Positions 1-12,200 of a stretch of DNA of 64,000 nucleotides are shown here, piece after piece. The stretch comes from Veleropilina oligotropha (taxonomy: Eukaryota). The notes beneath the pieces were generated by a model that saw nothing but the letters and a program-made list of their open reading frames with translations, did not search any database and was not told the origin of the DNA. The position numbers were made by a program, and so were the translations under genes. Position 1 is the stretch's first letter. Each line of letters opens with the position of its first letter. Location: positions 1-64,000 of the forward strand of contig JBEUKZ010000031.1 in assembly GCA_048128005.1 (NCBI GenBank). Reading direction: 5' to 3'.

Positions 1-144
1 CATAATCCGGTTTATTCGAATGAAGATATGAATATGTATGGTGATTTATAAACAAACACATAAGCCATACCTTTACAATATGAGCTATAAACACACATAA
101 CAGTATTCTGTGTTTTCAAGTCAGGTTTTCTGATATGGCACGTT

Positions 145-230
145 TTACAGATGCGTGGATTCGCCGGAAGAGTAGCCGTCTATGATCAGAAAATCACCGT
201 GTTCTGCCCCTGGTACATTCTGTATGAGCC
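145..230 (-). CDS. aGPCR last coding exon ending in a class I PDZ-binding motif
   Basis: ttgcag|..LIQNVPGAEHGDFLIIDGYSSGESTHL-TAA in phase 1. Confidence 0.7.
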
Positions 231-3200
231 CTGCAACATAGATATGCATTAGTTACTTATGACAGTATCAAGAAAGCATGAATTGGATCGATGCTTAAAG
301 TCCTGTATGTTTACAACCTTTAGGTACAAGACCAGACATGTCGATATTACCGCGGGAGGAAAGCCCGGTTGCCCATGGAAACTCGTCCTCTCCGGTCAGC
401 TACGGACAGTTCCGATTGACAACTGAACAAAGAAGATCATGTCCCAATCGAGATTCGAACTCGCACCTGTTATTTAGCGCAATGGAGCCTGTGATCTCAG
501 AGACCATACCACTATAGGGGTGGTCAAATAAAGCATGGATTCTACGCAATACACAGCTTGTCACACGAGGATCAAGAAGTTAAGACAAGTTGTAATTTTA
601 AGGGACTATATGGAGAGTATATATATGATACATGCTAATTTTGTTTGAACCCGTGTAATGCATGCCGTTGGCTCAATTTAATTATCGAGTAACCAATAGT
701 TATAGATAGGCATACATTGTACAATATTGGGTTAAATCATGATTTATAACAGCCAATTTGCCAAATATTCCCCTAATATGTATATATTTTCATTAATAAA
801 CATTTATTGTCTTTAATTTAATTTCAGTGTATTATTTTGGATCCGAATTTGTTATTCGATGATTGACAGATCAAGAGTTGACATCATATCATGCTGGATA
901 CCGAGCCATATTGGCATCGAAAGCAATGAAAAGGCTGATAAAGCAGCAAATTCTGCTGTACATATTAACCAGCCTATAAAATCCCGCATTCGGATTTTAA
1001 GTTTAATATAATTAAGTACATTCAAACTATTTGGCAACGTTCTTGGGATGATTGCACGAGAAATATATTGCGGAATGTCCGACCCTTTTACAGGTCCCTA
1101 TACGCCGTGGAGAGGTCGTCTTGACTAGACTGCGAATTGGATCTTCAAGCTAAACTCACCCATGCTTGCATAAAGGGGAGCCACCACCTGAGTGTATTCC
1201 TTGTGCCTCCGACCTATCAGTCAAACAGATTATTGGACTGTGTTCATCTAAACCCAATACGTCAAAAATATTTACGACATTCTCACTTCAATAACTATTA
1301 GTAATTTTAAAATTGATGTCATGTTTTTTGCTATTTTAAAAGAAACTAACATATTTTACAAAGTTTCTACAAATCTGCTGGCAGAACCTTATTTATATTT
1401 ATATTGATTTAATAGTTTAATGTATCGTATGTAAAAAGTGAACACTGTTTCAAATATATATCAAGTAAATTTTCCTTCTCAAGTCAATCGACCAGATTAT
1501 GACTTAAATATTGTCGGCGTAGTCGTTAAATAATTCCTTCAATCAGATTAAGAGTTACTCCCCTTCTGTTCATTATCACTCTTCGTTGTATACTTGGTGG
1601 TATTTATTGCACAATTCCATTTTCTACTTTGCAGTATAAGTTGCTATGAGAGGTGGTGCTTCTCGACCAATAAGACACAGTCTTATATAAACTTCAAATC
1701 ATTTGAATGTCGATTAACTTGTAAAAATTGATGTCAGCGTTCAATATTTAGTTGAAATATTAGGTGCAGCCCTCCAGGTAAGCATCTCTAGAGATCGTTT
1801 AACTCCCGATAGTCATAGCCTACAAAATTCAATGTCAGCGTAGCTTGCACTTCAGTTTTCGGTAGGCCTATGCTGTGTTGGGTGTTGTGTTCATTTCATT
1901 TCAAATTTGCCGCCATTTTATTATCGCTACGAATTAATTTTATATGGAAATTAACATATAAACATTGTATTTTTATAAAATTATTCTTAAAACGTGTTTA
2001 TAATTGTTAACATTTACAAAGCCGACACATTTATCATGATTCCGAGCCATTTTGTGTGTCATTTGTATGGAACGCCATATTAACATATATTCAATTAATT
2101 GAACCTATCTTTAAATAATTGAAGATAGGTTCCATTAATTAGACCTAGGTTCAATTCAATTGCACCTAGGTTCAATTCAATTGCACCGAGGTTCAATTCA
2201 ATTGCACCTAGGTTCAATTCAATTAAAGTATTTGTACCTATCTTCAATTGAATTGAACCTATCTCTAATTAATTGTACCTAGGTGCAATTGAATTAGACC
2301 TATCTCCAATTGAATTGAACCTAGGTTCAATTCAATTGAACCTAGGTGCAATTGAATTGAACCTAGGTTCAATTCAATTGAACCTAGGTGCAATTGAATT
2401 GAACCTATCTTCAATTGAATTGAACCTATCTTCAAATACAACATATCCGTAAATGAATTGTACCTATCTTCAAATGAATTGAACCTATCTTCAATTCGTT
2501 GACATCATTGTACAAGTAATGATTTCTCCCCTTTACGTATATATTTTTGGTCTTGGTTGTTTCTGTCGAATTGGTGTGCCAAAACGCTGACGATGTCGAC
2601 GCAGGCATTGTCGACGGGGAGCGGTTGTTTCAGTAAATATATTGTGGTGTTCCTAATTAAAGATAGGTTCAATTCAGGTTCAATTCAATTGCACCTAGGT
2701 CTAATTCAATTAGAGATAAGTCTAATTTGTTTAATTTGAACCTATCTCCAATTGAATTGAACCTAGGTGCAATTGAATTGAACCTAGGTGCAATTGAATT
2801 GAACCTAGGTGCAATTGAATTGAACCTAGGTGCAATTGAATTGAACCTAGGTGCAATTGAATTGAACCTAGGTGCAATTGAATTGAACCTAGGTGCAATT
2901 GAATTGAACCTAGGTCTAATTAATTGAACCTATCTTCAATTATTTAAAGATAGGTTCAATTAATTGAATATATGTTAATATGGCGTTCCATACATTTGAC
3001 GTACTGGCACTTTAGTCTTGTTTTTTACAAGCAGACGACACCTCGCTTCAAACTCGATAACGATAGCAAAATAATTGACACGCCGAAACGTTCATGCGTA
3101 TCATTTATTTAGTGTTATTTGAATAGAGCATTTCTCATTTGTTGGATTATTACAATATTGATAAAGCGAGATTAGTTCATTTCATAACAGCATAACAACG

Positions 3201-6200
3201 GAGTTATTCTTCACACCTATTCGGACATTTTCATGACGTCAACACTCAGTTGACAAATTTCACTCACCGCAATATTATTACGTTCTATAATTATATTAGA
3301 ACGTTTCAACAAAATTAAAAGCAACGTTGCACAGCTTGTTTCTTTGTAAACCTGAGACATATGATAAATAGAATCTCACATTAGTGGTCTTTTAGTATCA
3401 CATTTATGAAACTCGTTAACTAATTTTCATATTTTCCTCGGTGTAACCTCGGAAAATATGAAAATTGGTTAACTCGTTTCAAAAATGTGATATTAAATGA
3501 CAACTCATGTGAGATCCGCTCTTTATCACACAGTAACACAATTCAATTTGTTGTTGAATTTCGCAGGAACAACTATACTAATAGTAGTCTCGGGTTTAAC
3601 AGGTTCAGACTTGATTGGTCTCTTGATATCAAAGTCAATTGTAGTTAGATGTATTAAAATGCACGAGTGTATTGCCATAACAAAGCGGTGACTGCATGCA
3701 TGTTAGAATACAAAAGAAATGTGGAATGGAAAGAGAGGCACAAGCGACACACGAAGGTTTTACAGAATACAGTTAATGCACAACAATTGAAATATGTCTA
3801 CATATTAATCACCATTGCCTATATATATATAGCTCACATACACATAGTATTAATGGACGAGTAAGCCAGTGCATAATTATTTCTTACACATTGCGCCCGA
3901 AAATAAAAAATCCAAAATAATACCATGTTAAAATTATGAAATGCATTTATTCGTTCACCTGCAACAGGCATCCATATTTTGTAGAATTTGCAAATCACTT
4001 ACCTAGAGTTTCAACTGAGTGAGTCTGGTACCTGAACCATTAAAGGATTCAATGATCATCTCAACATAAAACCCTTGGGATATAATTTTGTTCCTGGTAC
4101 TAGTTTAGCATAAGCATGTGATGGCATAATTATAATGATTTCTTTCATTTTCAACTTTTAATTTTGTATGTTAATCGTTTAACATACTACTTCAAAATAT
4201 AAAACCACAATGAAAAAGCAGTCAATGAACACTATTAAAAGGTCGATACTATAGCGATAAGGGATTCATGGAGGGATGAACATACAATCACAATGACAAG
4301 CGATTTTGGGAGAAATGCGTCCCACGGTGCATTAAAGAGATAAGTAAAGGATTTTGTAACATCACAAGCATAAAACACCGAGCAGGAATACAACAGTACA
4401 TTTTAGAAATCAGCAGTACAATATCAACAGAGTCGAGGTCATATTGGATGGGGTATGGAAATGTGGGAAATCAAACAAGGATAAATTGTTAGCATTTTTA
4501 CCTTCACTCCTGGAAAGAAAGAACACTGGATAAGTTTACATTTCTTTCAATATCAAAACGATAAAATGTTTCCCGTTATTTTATAATCGAAAATGTCTCG
4601 ATATATTTTAACCCATCGATATTTGTTAAGATAGACTGGTTTTAAATCTGAGACAGTGGACTGTTGTCGGTGTTATGTGGATTGAATGTCATTACAATTG
4701 TTGACTTGACTCCATACATATCATGAGCTTGATAAACAGATAATGGAACTCTAGGATCAGTTGGTCCATTGTTCCGCAGATATTTGATTAACAAGAGTGG
4801 TGTAAAATTGACAAGGTGCCCAACTCACTGACAAAGCAATTCACGAGGTGCCGAACTCATTATGATCGATGAGTCCACTTCCCATTGGGTGATATCTGCT
4901 ATTCAATATACATACTTTTAATTGGTTCCAGGTTGCAATTTACAATAGTTTGTTTTGGTATGTACGACAGATATACACTGAAACCCCTGCGCGATATCCA
5001 CATAACACCCTTGATTGCATTCTAGTCGTTATGTAAGATATCTGCTCTGATAGCGGCGTATTACCTATTAATTAACGAATATGTTTCGATATTGACGCTG
5101 ATCTTTAACACTTGGCAGCTGTTATGTTAAATGTTGCGTTTTACGGAACTAAAAGCTTTCTAATAAATACACTTTAAATAAATACAATTTGCAAATGGAC
5201 TCATTCATCTGATATTAGTAAAAACTACAAGTTATATTCGATGTAACATTAATAATGTAATTATATGCAAACCTTTTGTTGGACTACATCCATATGTTCC
5301 GTTAACAACCGTGCTGCTGGAGTTGGCATTCTGAAGGCGCTTAGCAGCTGTATTCTGGGCTGATGTCGTGAATCCTGCAAACAATAGAGAATACTGTACA
5401 AAGACATCGCATACACTAAAACTAGAGGTATGCTCCTAATACTGGTCCGCCTTTTGTATATAATACATCCATACATAAAGATTAAATAATCAATAAATTT
5501 ATAATAAATTTCATAGTAACTGTCAGAAAGTATATATGTTACAATAGTTCATATGACATTGACCTTTCACCCAGTGACCCCATCTTTGAACTTGGGCAAG
5601 GCCTAATGGTACACAAGGATCGTACCAAATATGAAAGGTGTAGGTCCAGCGGTTCGTCTTCTATTTGACAGAGAGCAATCTTCCAAGTCCATATTGGAAA
5701 TACACGAAAACGATCTTGACCCTTAACTTAGTGACCCCATCTTTGAACTTAAGCAAGGCCTGATAGTATACACGGTGTATACCAAATATGAAAAGCGTAG
5801 GTCCAGCGGTTCGTCGTCTATTTGACAGAAAGCAATCTTTCAAGTTCAGATTGGAAATACGCGAAAACGACCTTCACCTTTGATCCAATGACCCATCTTT
5901 GAACTTAGGCAAGGCCTGATGGTATAAAAGGTATAAACCAAATATGAAAAGCGTAGGTCTAGTGGTTCGTCTTCTATTTGACAGAAAGCCATCTTCCAAG
6001 TCCAGATTGGAAATATACGAAAACGACCTTCACCTTAAACCCAGTGACCCCATATTTGAATTTAGACAAGGCCTGATGGTATACCAAATATGAAAAGCGT
6101 AGGTTCAGTCGTTCGTCTTCTACTTGACAGAAAGCTATCTTCAAAGTCCAGATTAGAAATATACGAAAACGACCTTGACCTTAAACTCAGTGACCCCATC

Positions 6201-9200
6201 TTTGAACTTATGCAAGACCTGATGGTATACAAGGTGTATACCCAATATAAAAAGCATAGGTCCAGCGGTTCGTATTCTATGTGACAGAAAGCGATCAGTG
6301 GACACCGACGCCAACGCCGACGGACGCCAGTCCACGACAATAGACCTGTCTAACAGGCGGGCCAATGACAACTCACGTCTATCCTGGCCGCTCCGGTAGT
6401 CGTTTGGTCTCGAGTGTCGATTCTGAAATCACTGTCTTACTTGCTATGACTAAAGGAATGCGCGCGACTCACGGTTGGGGCATTGGCATTCTCCCTTCAG
6501 TTAACAACCATAGTCGGAGATGGCGGACTCATGGCGCGATAATATGGACATATCCTGGTTTTAACCTGAACATCAAGCATCGACTGAATCCAATCACATC
6601 TATGCTTGTAAAAATGTTCAAACCAATGAGCTATTGTAAAACTTACTCTTCATTCTCTCTAATGTTACCTTACATCCACAGGAGTCTGAATCTGCTATAC
6701 TATTTTATATCTTCAATTCGTATGTTTACACACGCTGACATTACCGCTAATACAATCAAACCCGAATATTCTTCACAACCCCAGCAGCAATAAAAAAATC
6801 AAACTTGAAAGAAATGCGAATGACACCATACCTGTTTGCTGTATAATTTGTTCTTCTGTGAGCATTAGAAAAAAATATGGCAGATATGAATGAAAGAATA
6901 TCAAGTTTTTAGATATTGATTATATTAATATAGTTCATCGCTCTTAAATGTAAACGGTGAATTTGGGGCATCTGTACCATCAAATTTGTCGTACTGTGGT
7001 ACACTGAGCGATGCATCAAAGTTGGTATCGTTATCAATACATGTAGTATCAATTATTATTATGGCTACATTCGAAAATGAAATTTATTTATTATATTATA
7101 TTCTACTTTCTTTATGCAGGAAAAATGGATAAGAAACTTTGTGAATATTATACAATTATTGACTGTTTTTTCGGTGAATGTAATGATTTATCCAGCAAGG
7201 AATGTGAATATCCCTTTCCGAGGTGGATAAATCATTATATTCACCGAAATAACAGTCAATAATTATATTGTTATATGACATGAACAAGGAACATAGTTGT
7301 TTGAATATATTTTCAGGTAAATCTGAACGTTTGGTTTGTTGTGCTTATAATGTACTTCAAGGTTCACACGCATACACATATATGGTATTCTCCTTTAATA
7401 GTGTTTGAAGATAAAATAGTATAATCTATCATTGATATCCACCCCGAAGTTCGAGAACAGTTCTAGAGACAAAAATTGGTCCTCATTATGTTTTGGTAAA
7501 CACAAGAGTCCTTGCTAAAAACCCATAAACTGTATCAATGTATGCAAAAACGCACGATATTGAAAGATAATCTAACTACGACCGTTAATACTTTATATTT
7601 ACCTCTGCTGGACGTTTTCTGGCTTGACTTGTCCTCCGGATCTTGACAACATGGCAACTTCTTCCTCCACGCTAACTGAACATCTTTCTTGAACATACAG
7701 TAGAAGACGAAAATAAACAGTCCTTGTAGTGTATTAAATATAGCGAATAAATATTGAAACACAATTTTAGCGGTGTCTATTGCGAATATTGCGAACACCC
7801 ACGTGAGTCCCAGAAGCACGATTACTCCCACTGCCCCGCGCAGGCGAGACGTCGTGTTCGCTGTGTCTGTCTTGTTGAGATTCTTTGCTGATATCCCAAA
7901 GAGCTGCCGTACAACAAGGCCAAAGGCAAACATATTCATTATAAGAACAAGAGCTACTGGTGCCAAAAAGCTTCCATAAAATGCCATTGGTGACAGCCAA
8001 CAACTGCAAAGGAAAATGATCTCGTATTATCAGGTTATAGATATATTAAGGTGCAAGATTACAATATTTGTCTGGGTACATCAGGAGCAGGAAAAAACGC
8101 CATACTTTTGTGTAAATTAGCAAGTACGAAAAATTATGGTCAACAAATCACAACGATATATAGTTAATGAAAGAAGTGTTCATGAGATTATTTCCGTGAT
8201 TTAAAGAATGCAAAACATAAAAAGAACATATTATATGCGCCTTAATTTTGTAAATATATTTATTGTGTAAAACAAGAAGACGCAATCCTAGTGTCAGTAA
8301 TCCGTTGTATAATGTCAGCATAATAACTTCTGATTGAAAGACTTTATTCACAACCAATCATGTCGACATCATTTAAAAGTGGCATATACTACTTTAGGTT
8401 TTCACTAAACAGAAAATTTAGTATCGTCAATTTATATTTATTAATACATGTACTTACATTTTGGTAACATCTTGAAGGCCGTAATTCCCAGTGTTGTTCG
8501 AAATGAGAGTTATTATTACAATGATTGCAGGGACACCTGTGGGAGAAATATTTAATACACACAATGAAATATTTATTTTTTCAAATCCAATAAATTTTTG
8601 GAGAACAAAATTTGTTAATAATAGTGTTATCACAGGAAATACATATATTTATACAGCGACGCCGACGTCTCAATGTGTTAAAGCTCGTACGCACACACTT
8701 ACCCCATCCAACCAGGGAACACTTCAGTATAAATTTGCTGTAGTAGGTTTTGAAGACTAGGACCAGGGCTAGATACATGTAGAAGGCTTCGATTGCCATC
8801 CACGCCATTGCCGAGAGGAGGAAATAATGGAGCAGGACTGCCACTGCCTGAAAATCACATACAAATATAGACATCAAGAAAATTACGTAACAAAACCATT
8901 CATGGGGCCGCTTCGGCAGCGCAGTGGGTAAGAGTGTCCACTCTAAATTCACTGGCTTGATTCCGCTAATGCGAACAGTGGTGGGTTCAATACCTGGCTG
9001 AGGCATTGACATTTGTTCAAGTTATGAATCACAGTTGTCCGCGACTGGCCGAAGAGGGCGGGTTTACCCGGGCGACCGGGGTTTCCTCCCGCGATGACAC
9101 GGACATGTCCTGCCTTGAAGCTCGATGTTGTAAATATGAGGTTTTAAGGTAAACCTAATATTAGTTAAAACATACTTACGTCCTTACTCTTGCCATAATA

Positions 9201-12200
9201 GTCATATTATCGCTAACCGGAAACAGTGAATAAAGTCACATTTATGCACTAATTAAGTCAAAATATACCACGATCACCCCCGCTGCTTCCCCTCTCTAAG
9301 TTCCTCCAGCGAGATCTCGCCAAGTCTCGCGAGACATCCGGGCTATCAAGTCACCAGACATCAATTCAAAGTTCAGAACCCCAAAGGAACTTAGCAGAGG
9401 GGAGGAATGCGAAGCAGGGTGGGTAATCGTGGTAAGGACGTAAGTATGTTTTAACTAATATTAGGTTTACCTTAAAACCTCATATGTAGTTACAAACTTA
9501 CTTACGTCCTTACTCTTGCCAGAATAACCTTGGATAGGTGGGTAAGAAGTTCCTTACAGCAAACCCAAACAAGATAATGACTTACTTTTCACCATGTCAA
9601 TCAGCTCGAAGCGTCGATTGTGTCCGCCCAGAGTGGAAATTTCTGAGAATTATATTCAACTCTTACCAAGCGAGAATTTCGACCAGTGTTACCGGGAGAA
9701 TACGCCGTGGTGTTAGACGGACGAGGTGAACGGAAGTGCAATCAGCCCCAGGCACGGCCGGAAGGATGAATCCCTGTAGGTCTTACGTGTCATGGACCAG
9801 TGGCAGCCAAATGGTACTCCTGGCCAAAGGCCGGTAGCCAGAGGATGCAGTCGGATTTGTAAGCACACGGAACCTAATAGGTTGTGAAAGCGTGAAATCA
9901 AAGCAAAGAATTAATAGATTAAATAAATAATCGATATTAATAATTGATTCGCATGACCAACTTGCGAAACGCTAACATGTACGACATGTCACTTAAAATA
10001 AATTTTTTTTTTTAAGGAAGCAAATATGTACGACATGTTACTTAAAATAAAATTTAAGGAAGCAAATATTAAATTTTTTCCCAATGTCTTGAACATCGTA
10101 TGTTCTATACAGCATAGAACATCAATAATATTGAACCTCAAATCAAATAAGATTTTCGCAATATGATTGTTTATTAATTCAATGTAATCTGGCTTGTCAA
10201 TATACTCAGGTATGACATGAAAGTATCAAGATCTTAAAATGTTTTTAAGAAATGAACAGACATTGAATCGCCTCATAATGTGTCTATTTCATAGAACAAT
10301 GAGGCCAACAAATAACAATGCGTCAGCATGAATTATGTAAATTGATCAATCAACAAATAATACTCACTGATTAGACGACCTCGGTCTAACAATACATCGT
10401 TGAGCAGTTACTAGGGAGACTGCACAATCCATTAGCCGCATGGAATAATCCCCAGAAAAGGCTTAATAAAGACATTTTCGAGAGGCAACGCTGAGAAGTG
10501 AATCTGCGAAAACACGGACCTCGTGTGCGCGGAACGATACAATAGTGCGTGCGGCCTACTTTTCACAGCGAGAGAAGTCTCTCACTATCTGTGAAAACCT
10601 CCGCGAAACAGTCTTCTATGAAATGTCGCGGATACAAGAAGGTAAATACGAATAAAATATACGTAGTTTTCTCTGCCGCGCAGCACGGATCCTGTCGAGG
10701 TAGTAACTAGGCACGCCTATGACAGATTCATCGGTCCACATCGGGTCTCTGACCAGCGCTAGGGGATAACGATATCGGTTGCGTCGTCGATCGGCCGTTG
10801 ATTCTTGGCGAGGAAACCCAAGATATGACGCCGCATCACCGACCCGTCGACTGGAAACGAACGTCTCGTAGCTCTGCCTAGACTATGAAATACGGAACAA
10901 CGCCTGCCCGACGCTAAGGCGATCAGAAAAACCTGTTTTGTGCGTTAAGTTCCTCATAGAGGACGGGCCCATAGGCTAGTCGGGTAGAAAGAGAGCGTTA
11001 AGAAATGAGAGCGATGTTTCAGGCTGGCCGAATCGTACGGGTCGAAATTTTGAGTTCGAAGGATCGCAGAAATCCAAATAGTTCGGTCGCTAGGTAGGCT
11101 ACCACGGGCACGGCACTCGCGACCGTTGCCCGATAGCTTTGACGGCGGACACTGACATACCGCGTTCAAAGAGCGACGATAAAAACTCAATAAACTTGTT
11201 CACAGGGGGCGGAGTATATTGACCTGCCGACTGTGACACCAATCCACGTACTTAACCCATCGGTAGTCATAAACTTTAGTCGTGGAAGCCTTCTCGATCA
11301 ATAGATGTGTAGGGCTGTTGCGAGAAATTCCTTTCTTAGCAAGGGATCGTTCGATAACCGTCAGGCGTGTAAACGTAAGTCGTACGGCGATGTTGTAATA
11401 CACGGCTGCGCGCCTGCATTAAGTAACCGGCCCGGTCTCTGCGGGAGCGATAACGGTCGGTCGACGATCAGATCGAGGAGGGTCGGAAACCAAGGTTGCG
11501 TGCGATATAGGGGCGCGATTAGCGTTATCTGCAACGTTCGTTCGATGCCTTCTGTAATACCAGTGTTAGAATGCACGACGGGGGGAAGGCATACGCGGAC
11601 AGATTCTCCCATGTCATTGACAGTGCGGCGACCGTTAGGGCGGCCGGGTCCGGGTACGGGGAGACATACAGAGGTAGTCGGTAATTAAATTCTGTTGCAA
11701 ACAGATCGACTCGGGCTTGTGACCACCGGCGACAAACGTCCCGAGCTACTCGGCTGTGTAGCTCCACTCTGTGTGTATTATCTGTGATTTCCGAGAGAGC
11801 GAATCCGCTCTGACATTCAGCTTTCCCGGGATGTGTCGGGCTCGAATCGTCGATTTGAGGGACATCACTAGGCGGTGTAGGTCTATTGCTCGGTCGCAAA
11901 GGGGACGCGAGCGAGTGCCGCCCTGGTGCTGGATGTAAGCGACGACAGTCGTGTTGTCCGTGGCGAGCATTATGTGCTTATTGCGGAGATGTGACGAGAG
12001 GGACCGTACTGACAGGTAGACGGCTCTTAACTCTAGGAAGTTGATGTGTCGTCCCTGAAGGTCCGTCGGCCATAGGCCTGATGTCTCGTAACTGTCGAGG
12101 TGACCACCCCAGCCGTCGTTCGAAGCGTCTGTGAACAGGTAAGCATTCGGCTCTGGCGGGGAGATAGGAACCGACTGGTCCGGCAAAGCAGGGTTCAACC

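Noticed and set aside
2727..2927. ORF of (LNLGAIE)n resembling an LRR or coiled-coil protein
   Set aside because: It is a translation of the 21-bp repeat inside a TIR/TSD-bounded MITE.
6674..6691. 18-nt candidate microexon
   Set aside because: The acceptor region is purine-rich with no pyrimidine tract.
6365..6793. 142-aa plus-strand ORF
   Set aside because: Overlaps a diverged SINE and intron sequence; no motifs.
8906..9005. tRNA gene
   Set aside because: The A/B boxes belong to the head of a multicopy SINE with a non-tRNA body and tail; no clean cloverleaf.
11361..11760. Bacterial or phage contamination suggested by the Dam-like domain and high GC
   Set aside because: The domain is a normal part of DIRS1 pol and is bounded by ITRs within a spliced animal gene.
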